Positions 44,115 through 53,443 of a DNA stretch of 57,423 bases are shown here, piece after piece. The notes beneath the pieces are model-generated. The model saw only the letters and a program-made list of their open reading frames with translations. It did no database searches and was not told where the DNA came from. This DNA comes from Chthoniobacterales bacterium (GTDB lineage: Bacteria; Verrucomicrobiota; Verrucomicrobiia; Chthoniobacterales; JACTMZ01). Where the stretch lies: assembly GCA_044343805.1 (NCBI GenBank), contig JBIJDZ010000004.1, forward strand, positions 1-57,423. The letters run 5' to 3'. The translations under genes and the position numbers were made by a program. The first letter of the stretch is position 1; every line of letters begins with the position of its first letter.

Positions 44115-45256
44115 ATTATTTTGCCGCGGCCCTTTACTTTGACCCGGTGCGTCCCGCGCGTTTTTATCTTCTGCCTTTGTTGCTGCTCGTGGCGCTGTTC
44201 GCCGGCCATGTGTTGAACGCGCAAATTTCCGCCGAGGAACAACGCAAGCGCGAACTTTTCTTGCGCGCCCGGGAGTCGATCGAGCCGGCGCCGGCACCCA
44301 TGTCCACCCCAGCGCCCGTCCGCCCCCAACCGCGCCCGCGCCCGACCGCTCCACCGGTCGAAAGAAGCAGCGAGCCCATCACGTTGCCTCCCCCGCGATC
44401 CACGCCGGCCCCGACACCCGCTGTGCGCTCCACCCCGAAGCCGGCCCCGCCAACCAAACCCCAAGCTACTCCGAAGCCGAAAGCCACGCCGCGTCCTGCT
44501 TCCACGCCGGCGCGTTTGATCGAGGAATCGCCTGTCATCACTCTTCCGCCTCCTCGCGAGCAGAAAACCGACGAGATCAAACTGCCGCCAGCCCGTTCTC
44601 TGGTGACGCCGTCGCCCGCTCCGACAGGGACTGCCAAGTCCGAGGTTCCCGGCGCGCCTATTGTGATCGAAAAATCCGGGGCCGAGGAGGATCAAGGTGT
44701 TCTGCCCGCGCCACCGCCCGAACGACGCGGACTCTTCGGTTGGGGTGGTCCGCGGTACCGCTACCTGACACGCGAAGTGCGTCAGGCCATTGATCGAGCC
44801 CCGGTCAAGCGCGGCCGTTGGCAATACATCATCATTCACAACAGCGGGACGCGGCAGGGGAATGCGAAAATTTTCAACAACTACCACAAGAATGTGCGGC
44901 GGATGGAAAATGGTTTGGCTTACCACTTCGTGATCGGCAACGGCACGTCGTCGGGCAATGGCGAAATCGAGATCGGCCCGCGCTGGACGCGCCAGATCAA
45001 CGGCGGGCATGTGGCCAGCGATTACCTCAACAATATTTCCATCGGCATCTGCTTTGTCGGCGATTTCAACCGCGACAAGCCGACCGAGGCCCAGTTGGGT
45101 GCCTTGGAGGAGCTGGTGCGCTACCTGCGCAACCGGGTTGGTCGCAGCAAAGGACGTTGGGCGATCGTCAAGGCCCACCGTGAAATCAATCCCAAGCCGA
45201 CCGATTGTCCGGGCAATCGCTTTCCCTACACCTGGTTGCGGCGTAAGTTTGATTGA
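44111..45256 (+). CDS. N-acetylmuramoyl-L-alanine amidase (Amidase_2/PGRP) with long Pro-rich linker
   Basis: IIIHNS, YHFVIGNG, AHREI, PTDCPG (Zn ligands H/H/C); N-terminal hydrophobic segment; Pro/Thr/Ala-rich linker. Confidence 0.88.
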   Translation: MNYFAAALYFDPVRPARFYLLPLLLLVALFAGHVLNAQISAEEQRKRELFLRARESIEPAPAPMSTPAPVRPQPRPRPTAPPVERSSEPITLPPPRSTPAPTPAVRSTPKPAPPTKPQATPKPKATPRPASTPARLIEESPVITLPPPREQKTDEIKLPPARSLVTPSPAPTGTAKSEVPGAPIVIEKSGAEEDQGVLPAPPPERRGLFGWGGPRYRYLTREVRQAIDRAPVKRGRWQYIIIHNSGTRQGNAKIFNNYHKNVRRMENGLAYHFVIGNGTSSGNGEIEIGPRWTRQINGGHVASDYLNNISIGICFVGDFNRDKPTEAQLGALEELVRYLRNRVGRSKGRWAIVKAHREINPKPTDCPGNRFPYTWLRRKFD

Positions 45257-46122
45257 TGAAACTCGGCATCACTGGAGCGAGCGGCTTTATCGGGGGCCGG
45301 GTGGTGGCGCTGGCGGAGGAACGCGGGTGGGCGGTGACCGTCTTCACCCGTCGTCCTTCCACGCCCTCCATGCGCCGGTTTTCCCTGGATGAACCCATCG
45401 ATGTGCACGGCCTCGATGCCGTCCTTCACCTGGCGGGAGAACCGGTCTTCGGTTTGTGGACAGCAGAGAAGCGCCGCCGCATCATGGACAGTCGTGTTCT
45501 CGGCACCCGCCGCTTGGTCGAGGGGTTTGCCCGGGCGGAACAACCGCCGCGCGTGCTGATCAGTGGCTCGGCGATCGGATTTTACGGCGATACAGGCGAC
45601 CGCGAGGTCGATGAGTCGTCGCCCGGCGGAACGGGTTTTTTGGCCGAGGTCGCCCACGCTTGGGAGGCTGAAGCACGGAAAACGCGCGGCGCCCGGGTCG
45701 CCCTCATGCGCACGGGATTTGTGCTCGGGCGCGACGGCGGTGCGATGAAAGTCATCCTGCCTGTCTTCCGTGCTGGTTTGGGCGGGCGTCTCGGCAGCGG
45801 GCGCCAATGGATGTCGTGCATTCACGTGGATGATGTGGCGCGCATGGCGCTGTGGGCGGTGGAGGATGAAACGGTCGCCGGACCCTTCAATGCAGTCATG
45901 CCCCGGCCTTGCACGAATGCCGAATTTACGAGAAGCGTTGCCCGGGCCGTGCACCGTCCGGCCATTTTGCCCGCGCCGGCCTTGGCTTTGCGGGTGTTCC
46001 TCGGCGGCATGTCCTCGCTCATGCTCGATAGCTTGAAGGTGCGTCCCGGGGTAGCCTTGGCCCGTGATTACCGCTATGCTTTCCCACAGCTCGATGCAGC
46101 CTTGGACAATCTCGCGCATTGA
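45253..46122 (+). CDS. TIGR01777 family NAD-dependent epimerase-like oxidoreductase (YfcH-like)
   Basis: ITGASGFIG, HLAGE, SAIGFYG, GFLAEV..WE, GGRLGSGRQWMSCIHVDD. Confidence 0.9.
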   Translation: MMKLGITGASGFIGGRVVALAEERGWAVTVFTRRPSTPSMRRFSLDEPIDVHGLDAVLHLAGEPVFGLWTAEKRRRIMDSRVLGTRRLVEGFARAEQPPRVLISGSAIGFYGDTGDREVDESSPGGTGFLAEVAHAWEAEARKTRGARVALMRTGFVLGRDGGAMKVILPVFRAGLGGRLGSGRQWMSCIHVDDVARMALWAVEDETVAGPFNAVMPRPCTNAEFTRSVARAVHRPAILPAPALALRVFLGGMSSLMLDSLKVRPGVALARDYRYAFPQLDAALDNLAH

Positions 46123-47123
46123 AGCCCCGCCACATGCCCGCCCGTCCACCGTTGATCGATCTTCACCGCCATCTTGATGGCAGTGTCCGCCTGCAGACCA
46201 TTCTTGACCTGGGTCGGAAGCACAACATCCCGCTGCCGGGATGGACTATTGATGAGCTGCGTCCCCATGTGGTGGTCAACTCACCGCAACCCGGACTGGT
46301 CGAGTTTCTCGCCAAGTTCCGGTGGATGACCGGCGTGCTTGTCGATTATGACGCCTGCCGCCGCGTGGCGCGCGAAAACGTGGAAGATGCTGCCCGCGAA
46401 GGCATCCGATACATCGAGTTGCGATTCAGTCCGCTCTTCATGGCCGATGCGCATAATCTCGACCCGGAAAGAGTCACCGCCGCCGTCATCGAGGGAGTGC
46501 GCGAGGGCGAGGCGAAGTCCGGTGTGCGGGCCAATCTCATCGGGATCCTCACGCGCACCTACGGTCCGGTGCGGGCGCGGCGCGAATTGCGCGCCTTGCT
46601 TGCCCATGCAGACGGAATCGTGGCTCTTGATCTTGCCGGGGACGAGGGGAAATGGCCTGCGGAACTTTTTGTCGATCACTTCACCGAGGGACGCGCGGCG
46701 GGTTGGGGGATCACGGTGCATGCCGGCGAAGCGGCCGGCGCCCAGAGTATTCTAACGGCGGTGGAAAAACTCGGGGCGACGCGCATCGGTCATGCGGTCC
46801 GGGCGGTGGAGGATCCCGTCGTGATGGAGCTGCTACGAGACCGGCGCATCGGTATCGAGGCCAACCTCACCAGCAATGTCCAGACCAGCACCGTGCCCGA
46901 TTACGCCAGCCACCCGCTCAAGACATTTCTCAAACGGGGGCTGCTGGCCACGATCAATACCGATGATCCGGGAATCAGCGGGATCGATTTACCCCACGAA
47001 CTCGATATCGCGGCACCGGCGGCCGGTCTGGATGAGCCGGAAGTGGCTCAAGCGCTGGAGAATGCTTGGGAAATTGCTTTTCTCGACGACGGAGAAAAAG
47101 TCCGGCTGAGGTCGGGGCGGTGA
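46119..47123 (+). CDS. add: Adenosine deaminase
   Basis: DLHRHLDGS, YIELRFSP, DLAGDE, HAGE, RIGH, NTDDP. Confidence 0.93.
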   Translation: MKPRHMPARPPLIDLHRHLDGSVRLQTILDLGRKHNIPLPGWTIDELRPHVVVNSPQPGLVEFLAKFRWMTGVLVDYDACRRVARENVEDAAREGIRYIELRFSPLFMADAHNLDPERVTAAVIEGVREGEAKSGVRANLIGILTRTYGPVRARRELRALLAHADGIVALDLAGDEGKWPAELFVDHFTEGRAAGWGITVHAGEAAGAQSILTAVEKLGATRIGHAVRAVEDPVVMELLRDRRIGIEANLTSNVQTSTVPDYASHPLKTFLKRGLLATINTDDPGISGIDLPHELDIAAPAAGLDEPEVAQALENAWEIAFLDDGEKVRLRSGR

Positions 47124-47175
47124 TGCTTTATTCTCCGCGCTGGAAATCGCGTTTGTTCGCGTCCACAGTAAAAGA

Positions 47176-47937
47176 ATGATCCGTGCTATTTTCATTTTGG
47201 CGGTGGTGGCTGCAGCGGTTGCCCCGGTTTTATCGCAGGCCGGACAGATTCCGGCTTATGAGGCGCTGCGTTCGGTCGGTCGGGACCGCGGCGAAACGTG
47301 GTTGGGCTATCTGGTCGAGATGAGTGCCGCGGATGCCGGGCCGCAACCGGAGCAGTGGACGCTGAGTTTCAAGGACGATGCTGCCCGCGGCGGGGTGCGG
47401 GAGTTTGTCGTTTCGGAAAAAGGTGTCGTCAGCGAACGCACCCCCGTAATGGCGCAGGCTATCGCCGCACCCGGGGTGATGCCTGCGTCGGGGCTCAAGG
47501 TGGATTCCCCAGGGGCATTTACCGCGGCCAACAACGAAGCGTCGAAGGTCAAGCTCGGCTTCCATTCCCTCAATTACCGTTTGCAAAACAAAAACGGTGA
47601 TCCGGTATGGAAGGTGCAGCTTTTAGACGTGAGCGGTCAGGAAGTCGGCATGATGGAAATTTCCGCCAAAAGCGGAGCGATCGTTACGCCGCTGCGCCGT
47701 GCCCTGGTGCCTCTGGCGGATGACACGTCACCGGGTTCGGTCAATCCAAACGCGGGAGCTACCGCTGACGGCAGCCTGCCGGAGCGTTGGGTTGAGGGCG
47801 GCGGCTTGGTCGGACACATGTCCCGCTGGAGCGAACGAACCTGGAAAACCACCAGCGATACCGCGGTGAAAGTCGGCGACAGCATCGGGGCGTTCTTCAC
47901 CGGGCGCCCCCCTGCGGAGTCTGCCGGCGGCAACTGA
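47176..47937 (+). CDS. Exported hypothetical protein (PepSY-like region)
   Basis: Signal peptide; PVWKVQL..EISAKSGAIV resembles a PepSY motif. Confidence 0.55.
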   Translation: MIRAIFILAVVAAAVAPVLSQAGQIPAYEALRSVGRDRGETWLGYLVEMSAADAGPQPEQWTLSFKDDAARGGVREFVVSEKGVVSERTPVMAQAIAAPGVMPASGLKVDSPGAFTAANNEASKVKLGFHSLNYRLQNKNGDPVWKVQLLDVSGQEVGMMEISAKSGAIVTPLRRALVPLADDTSPGSVNPNAGATADGSLPERWVEGGGLVGHMSRWSERTWKTTSDTAVKVGDSIGAFFTGRPPAESAGGN

Positions 47938-47940
47938 GGT

Positions 47941-48450
47941 ATGCTTATGTTCGAAGGAACTTCGCTTATTGTTGCCCTCTTCGTGGTCGGTTTTCTTTTG
48001 ATCGCCGCCGAGGTGTTTTTGCCTGGTTTGATCCTCGGAACGATCGGGGTTCTGTGTCTGGCCGGATCAGTGGCCATGGTTTATGCCAATCACGGACCGG
48101 CGGCCGGTCTTGTTGCCACATTTGTTGTGGGAGGGTTGGCTTTGGTCGGATTTGTCGTCTGGCTCTTTGTTTTTCCCCGCACCTTCATCGGGAGAAAAAT
48201 CATGCTTCGAAGCAGTCAACCGCCTGATCACAGGGCGACAGAGCATCGCAGTTTGGTCGGCCAAACCGGATTTTCCCTCACCCCGCTGCGGCCCTCCGGG
48301 ACGGCCCGGATCGATGGAAAACGCATTGACGTCACGGCACTTGCAGACTTTATCGACGAAGGAGTTCGGGTCGAAGTGGTCGCCGCCGACGGGCTGCGTG
48401 TGGTTGTCCGTCGAAAAGACGGGTTGGAACAATCCGTCCAAACTGCCTAA
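47941..48450 (+). CDS. NfeD family membrane protein (short form)
   Basis: AEVFLPG..LG TM region; LVGQTG..TPLRPSGTARIDG OB-fold motif. Confidence 0.9.
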   Translation: MLMFEGTSLIVALFVVGFLLIAAEVFLPGLILGTIGVLCLAGSVAMVYANHGPAAGLVATFVVGGLALVGFVVWLFVFPRTFIGRKIMLRSSQPPDHRATEHRSLVGQTGFSLTPLRPSGTARIDGKRIDVTALADFIDEGVRVEVVAADGLRVVVRRKDGLEQSVQTA

Positions 48451-48459
48451 GATTAAGTT

Positions 48460-49479
48460 ATGGGACAGCTGATCATCTATATCGTCACCGGCTTGGCCGT
48501 TGTTCTCGGCCTCGTTTTACTGATTGTTCTCTTCAACTTTTTCGGGATCTGGCTGCGTGCGAAGATCGCTGACGCGCCGGTTTCGTTTGCGCGCCTTGTT
48601 GGCATGCGCCTCCGCCGCGTGCCAGTCGGCATGATTGTGGACAGCCGCATCACCGCGGTTAAAGCCGGTCTTTCGCTCGACACGGATGAGCTCGAAGCGC
48701 ACTACCTCGCCGGCGGTAACGTCGACTCCGTGGTTCTCGCCCTGATTGCCGCGGACAAAGCCGGTATCAAGCTCGACTTCAACCGCGCCTGCGCCATCGA
48801 TCTCGCCATCAAGGGCACTAGCAAAACAGTCCTCGAGGCCGTGCGTACGAGTATCAATCCCAAGGTTATCGACTGCCCCGGTGCGCAGTCCGGGCGACCT
48901 ACCATCGATGCTGTGGCTCGCGACGGCATCGGCGTGAAGGTCAAAGCCCGCGTCACCGTGCGTTCGAACCTCGATCGCTTTGTCGGCGGTGCGACCGAGG
49001 AAACCATCATTGCCCGTGTGGGCGAGGGTATCGTTACCTCGATCGGTTCAGCCCTTTCCTACAAAGATGTCCTCGAAAATCCCGACCGCATTTCCAAAAC
49101 CGTCCTCGAAAAAGGCCTCGATAGCGGAACGGCTTTCGAAATTCTTTCCGTCGATATCGCCGATGTGGACGTTGGAGAGAACGTCGGTGCCAAACTGCAA
49201 GGCGAGCAGGCCGAGGCCGACAAAGTTGTCGCCCAAGCCAAAGCCGAAGTGCGTCGTGCCGCGGCTGTTGCTGTCGAGGGCGAGATGCGTGCACGCACGC
49301 AGGAGATGCGCGCCAAAGTTGTCGAAGCCGAAGCGCAGGTTCCGCTCGCCATGGCTGAAGCCTTCCGCTCCGGCAACCTCGGCATCATGGATTATATGCG
49401 CATGAAAAATGTCCAAGCCGACTCGCAGATGCGCGAATCCATCGCCGGCTCTGAGCGGAGCAGCGCCGAAGCGCGATAG
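48460..49479 (+). CDS. floA: Flotillin-like protein FloA (YqfA)
   Basis: [65 protein letters not shown]. Confidence 0.93.
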   Translation: MGQLIIYIVTGLAVVLGLVLLIVLFNFFGIWLRAKIADAPVSFARLVGMRLRRVPVGMIVDSRITAVKAGLSLDTDELEAHYLAGGNVDSVVLALIAADKAGIKLDFNRACAIDLAIKGTSKTVLEAVRTSINPKVIDCPGAQSGRPTIDAVARDGIGVKVKARVTVRSNLDRFVGGATEETIIARVGEGIVTSIGSALSYKDVLENPDRISKTVLEKGLDSGTAFEILSVDIADVDVGENVGAKLQGEQAEADKVVAQAKAEVRRAAAVAVEGEMRARTQEMRAKVVEAEAQVPLAMAEAFRSGNLGIMDYMRMKNVQADSQMRESIAGSERSSAEAR

Positions 49480-49500
49480 TACACACTGTCTCGTTCCGCC

Positions 49501-50079
49501 ATGGAACAATTAGTCATCCTCATCATCATCGGGCTGATCAGCTTGGTGAATTGGATTTTGCAAAAGGCCGCCGAGAAGCGCGAGTTAGCGCAAATGAAGC
49601 GGGAAGCTGCCCGCGGCGAACGCCGCGAAGCCCGCCGCAATATCTACACCGAGCGCTCGCCTGTTCCCGATGTCCGGCCTGCGCAAGACCCTTTCAAGGA
49701 ACTCATGGATGCACTCGGGCTACCGGCAGAGGAAGCTCCTCCGCCGGTGGTTCGCCGCGCCAGGGAGCCTGAAATCTTGGAGGATGAAGAGTTCGTCTCC
49801 CTCGAGGAGCCGCCGCCCCCACCGGTGCCGGTCGTGGCTCAAACTCCCTCTTGGCAAGCACCAAAGCGCTCCAAGCAGCCTGACCGCAAAACCCGCGAGC
49901 TGGCCTCGGCCTTTGCCGGGGCAGATAGGCTCGAAGAGCCTGCTTGGTCCGGAAGCGGGCTTCGCCAAATGCTGGCTGGGCGCAGTGCGCAGAGACAGGC
50001 CGTCGTGCTCGCCGAAATTCTCGGCACCCCGCGTGGCCTTGCCCCGGTCGGCGCCCTGATGACACCCCGGCACTGGTAG
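49501..50079 (+). CDS. Hypothetical membrane-anchored protein, YqfB-like position
   Basis: N-terminal TM, disordered middle, C-terminal RQAVVLAEILGTPR motif typical of genes following floA. Confidence 0.65.
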   Translation: MEQLVILIIIGLISLVNWILQKAAEKRELAQMKREAARGERREARRNIYTERSPVPDVRPAQDPFKELMDALGLPAEEAPPPVVRRAREPEILEDEEFVSLEEPPPPPVPVVAQTPSWQAPKRSKQPDRKTRELASAFAGADRLEEPAWSGSGLRQMLAGRSAQRQAVVLAEILGTPRGLAPVGALMTPRHW

Positions 50080-50110
50080 GTTCACTTGATCTGCTGCGGC
50101 TACCGGCGAG

Positions 50111-50842
50111 TCACTTTAACGCCGCCCACACGCGATGGACGTCGTCGTGATCGTCCAGTGCTTGCAAAAACGCTCCGACTTCCCCGCGCTGTTCATCGGT
50201 CAGATCGGGACATTGCTTCGGCACGTAGCCGAGTTCGCTGGTCACCACCGTCCAGCCGTTTTGTCCGAGCCATTGCGCCACAGCATGCGTGTTGGCTCGG
50301 TCGGTTATAAAACGCCCACCGGTGGCGTTTTCGGGAATATCGTCATTCTGGGCGTGAGTGAGTGGCTCGACTTCGTTAGCTCCGGCTTCGATGGCGGCTT
50401 CTTCCAGATCTTTACCGCCAACAACTGTGTGCGCCTCGACGAGGCCGACATGATCGAAGAGAAATTTGTTGCTGCCAGAGGCCCCGAGCTGCCCTTTTTT
50501 GAAGAGCACGCGGATCTCCGGCGCGGTGCGGTTGTGGTTGTCGGTCACTGCCTCAACAATGACCGGCACTTTGTGCGGCGCGTAGCCCTCAAAAGTCATG
50601 TGCTCGAGCGAAGCCTTGTCGCTGCCAGTGCCCGCGCCCTTGGCGATGGCCCGCTCGATGACATCCCTGGCCACACTCTCCTTGCGCGCCTTTTCCAGCG
50701 CGGCGGCCAGCCGTGAATTGGTGGCGGGGTCGGCGCCTCCTTGGCGCGCCGCGATCGTGATCTCGCGGATGAATTTTCCCGTGGCTTGCGATTTCCGGAG
50801 CGAGGCCACCTCGCGTTTGGCCAACAACCATTGACGTCCCAT
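50111..50842 (-). CDS. yebC: YebC/PmpR family protein
   Basis: REITIAARQGGADP..N.RL, IERAI, EGYAP, TDNHNRT, LDDHDDV. Confidence 0.93.
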   Translation of the reverse strand: MGRQWLLAKREVASLRKSQATGKFIREITIAARQGGADPATNSRLAAALEKARKESVARDVIERAIAKGAGTGSDKASLEHMTFEGYAPHKVPVIVEAVTDNHNRTAPEIRVLFKKGQLGASGSNKFLFDHVGLVEAHTVVGGKDLEEAAIEAGANEVEPLTHAQNDDIPENATGGRFITDRANTHAVAQWLGQNGWTVVTSELGYVPKQCPDLTDEQRGEVGAFLQALDDHDDVHRVWAALK

Positions 50843-50877
50843 AGGGTCGGAAGACTAAGCGGAATACTCCGTCAGGC

Positions 50878-51450
50878 TCAAGGCTGCACGGCTATGCGTT
50901 GAAGCACCTCGTTGCGCCGCATAAAACCCGGGATCCATGGCGGGTCGTAATAGGCAAACACCGGATCGCCCGTCGATGTAAGTTTCTGGCTTTTCATCCA
51001 GTCACGCAGCGCGGCCAGAGATAGGGCTTCGTTACGCTCATTGCGTCCGCCGGAAAAGCGGAGCACGGCGAACCGGCCACCCGGGAATTTGTCCCGTCCC
51101 ACCGTGCTGTCATTTGGCGCGGGGACACGCCCGGCTGCCGCAACTTCGCGCGGCACAATGAAGCTCATGCCGGTCTTGTCGCCCTGGTGCTGGATGAGCA
51201 CGGGAGTGGTCATGGCAATCTTTTGTCCGTCCTCGTTGTTGCCCGAGATGTAGCGGAACAGACGCCCGAACTCGTTGCCGTTGCCCATGGGGGTGCGCAC
51301 GACGGTGAGCGCCGGATATTCCCTCAGCTCGAATTTTCCTTCGCGGGTGAGAACTTGGTATGCGGGTGATTCCGTGGCCATGGCGTGGTTCCACCACAAA
51401 AACCCCGACATTATCGCGGCGGCGAGCCTCATTTTGGCGCTGTTGTGCAT
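50878..51450 (-). CDS. SOUL family heme-binding protein
   Basis: ESPAYQV..FELREYP, FGRLFRYISGNN..IAMTTPV, AYYDPPW..RRNEV. Confidence 0.9.
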   Translation of the reverse strand: MHNSAKMRLAAAIMSGFLWWNHAMATESPAYQVLTREGKFELREYPALTVVRTPMGNGNEFGRLFRYISGNNEDGQKIAMTTPVLIQHQGDKTGMSFIVPREVAAAGRVPAPNDSTVGRDKFPGGRFAVLRFSGGRNERNEALSLAALRDWMKSQKLTSTGDPVFAYYDPPWIPGFMRRNEVLQRIAVQP

Positions 51451-51569
51451 TCCCTACCTTCGTGCGCCGATGTTTCGGAGTCAACCAGCCTTGGTCGTCT
51501 CAAGTTGTCGGGGATTGTCGTGTCCCTGTGCTTCCCATCAGGGGGGCGGGTTCGTTAAGATGACAGACT

Positions 51570-52469
51570 ATGCCAAAACCTGCACTCGGACGTGGGCTGG
51601 GCGCCCTCATCGTGCCCTCTCAAGCCGCCGCCGCCGCCGCCGCCGTGGCGACAGCTGAAGCGGCGGGTGATCGCGTGCAGACGGTGGCATTAACCCAAGT
51701 GGTGCCGAGTCCGCTGCAGCCGCGCAGCACGTTTCCGGCCGAGCATTTGTCCGAGTTGGTCGAGTCGATTCGCGAAAACGGCATCATCCAGCCGCTGATT
51801 GTCCGCCAGGTCAATGGACTCTTCGAGTTGATCGCCGGCGAGCGCCGCTGGCGGGCTTCTGGTCAGGCCGGGCTCAAAGAGGTGCCGGTGATCGTCAGGG
51901 AAGCGACCGATCTCGAAGTGCTCGAGTTGGCGCTCGTCGAGAATCTCCAACGCGAGGATCTGAATCCGATCGAGGAGGCCAGGGCTTACGCGCGGTTGGC
52001 GACGGAATTCAAACTCAAGCAGGATGACATTGCGAAAAAAGTCGGCAAAAGCCGCGCGGCCGTCGCCAACACGATGCGGTTGCTCGATCTCGATGAGGAA
52101 GTGCAGTCGCACTTGATCCAGCACCGCCTGACGGTTGGCCACGCGAAAGCTCTTCTCGGACTGCGCAATGCCGAGGAGCAGCGCTCCATTACCAATCAAG
52201 TTATCCGCGGCAACCTTTCCGTCCGCGCGACCGAAGAACTCGTCCATAAACACCTGACCAAAGCGGGTGCCACTCGCAAGGGTGGACGGAAGCGTGTCGA
52301 GCGAGAGGTGTCTCCCGCGGTGCGCCATCTGGAGAACCGCCTGCAGCAGCATCTTTCGACCCGGGTCGAGATCCGTCACGGGGACGAGAAAGGGCACATT
52401 CTCATCGAATATTACGGGAACGACGACTTGCAGCGCTTGCTGGGAGAGCTAGGTTTGCCGGAAGAATAA
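51570..52469 (+). CDS. parB: ParB/Spo0J chromosome partition protein
   Basis: LGRGLGAL ParA-interaction peptide, QPR, GIIQPLIVR, IAGERRWRA, ENLQREDLNPIEEA, HTH KSRAAVANTMRLL. Confidence 0.95.
   Translation: MPKPALGRGLGALIVPSQAAAAAAAVATAEAAGDRVQTVALTQVVPSPLQPRSTFPAEHLSELVESIRENGIIQPLIVRQVNGLFELIAGERRWRASGQAGLKEVPVIVREATDLEVLELALVENLQREDLNPIEEARAYARLATEFKLKQDDIAKKVGKSRAAVANTMRLLDLDEEVQSHLIQHRLTVGHAKALLGLRNAEEQRSITNQVIRGNLSVRATEELVHKHLTKAGATRKGGRKRVEREVSPAVRHLENRLQQHLSTRVEIRHGDEKGHILIEYYGNDDLQRLLGELGLPEE
51624..51644 (+). repeat. (GCC)7 trinucleotide repeat encoding poly-Ala in the ParB N-terminal linker
   Basis: Directly visible; in frame. Confidence 0.9.
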
Positions 52470-52472
52470 GCC

Positions 52473-53435
52473 ATGTCCGCCGCCGCCCTTTCGCCCCTCC
52501 GCCGCCTGATCAATTGTCTCGATAGCGATTACTTCGAAGGCGATCCGGAAATCATCCGCAACCAGCCCGAACGCATGGAGTGGGGCCGTTTGGTGCCGTT
52601 TATCATGCTCCATTTGGGCTGTCTCGGGGTGATCTGGACCGGCTGGAGCTGGGCGGCCGTAGGCACGGCTGTGTTTCTTTATTTTACCCGGATGTTTTTG
52701 GTGACGGGTTTTTATCACCGCTACTTCAGCCACAAGACGTTTCAGATTTCGCGCGCGGGGCAATTCATTGCCGCGTTCCTCGGTCTCACCTGCACGCAAC
52801 GAGGTCCGCTCTGGTGGGCATGGGTGCACCGTCATCATCACAAGCACTCCGACGAGTTGGAGGATTTTCATTCGCCCGGAATGCAGGGCTTCCTGTGGGC
52901 GCACCTCGGATGGATCACCAGCAGTTGCAACTTCCCGACCGATTACGCGAAAATCAAAGATCTTGCCAAATATCCCGAGTTGGTTTTCCTCAACCGCTTC
53001 GACCTCATCGGGCCTTTTTTTCTGGCTTTTGTCATGCTCGCTTGGGGGTGGTTTCTGCAGGCTTTCTTCCCGACCCTCGGCACCTCTCCGCTGCAGATGC
53101 TTATTTGGGGATTTTTCATCAGCACGACCTTCCTTTTCCACGGAACTTCCTGCATCAACTCCCTGGCTCATGTTCTGGGAAAAAAACGCTATGACACGAA
53201 AGATGACAGCCGCAACAGCATGCTTCTGGCTTTCATTACTCTTGGGGAGGGTTGGCACAACAACCATCACCGTCACCAAACGGCGGCGCGTCAGGGGTTT
53301 TTCTGGTGGGAGTTTGATCCGACTTACTACACCCTCAAGGCTCTGTCTTGGCTCGGAATCATCTGGAATCTACGGCCGGTTCCCGAATCGGCCTACCGCG
53401 AAGCAAAGGCCATGAAGTCGCGGGCTGCGGCGTAA
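52473..53435 (+). CDS. Membrane fatty acid (acyl-CoA/acyl-lipid delta-9 type) desaturase
   Basis: His boxes HRYFSH, HRHHH and GEGWHNNHH. Confidence 0.92.
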   Translation: MSAAALSPLRRLINCLDSDYFEGDPEIIRNQPERMEWGRLVPFIMLHLGCLGVIWTGWSWAAVGTAVFLYFTRMFLVTGFYHRYFSHKTFQISRAGQFIAAFLGLTCTQRGPLWWAWVHRHHHKHSDELEDFHSPGMQGFLWAHLGWITSSCNFPTDYAKIKDLAKYPELVFLNRFDLIGPFFLAFVMLAWGWFLQAFFPTLGTSPLQMLIWGFFISTTFLFHGTSCINSLAHVLGKKRYDTKDDSRNSMLLAFITLGEGWHNNHHRHQTAARQGFFWWEFDPTYYTLKALSWLGIIWNLRPVPESAYREAKAMKSRAAA

Positions 53436-53443
53436 ATGACCCG

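Noticed and set aside
44270..44660. Repetitive C-rich DNA as a possible tandem repeat or CRISPR
   Set aside because: Explained by the Pro-rich linker codons of the amidase; there is no fixed-length repeat-spacer structure.
51624..51644. (GCC)7 as a contingency locus
   Set aside because: In-frame triplet repeat in a flexible linker; length changes would not switch expression.
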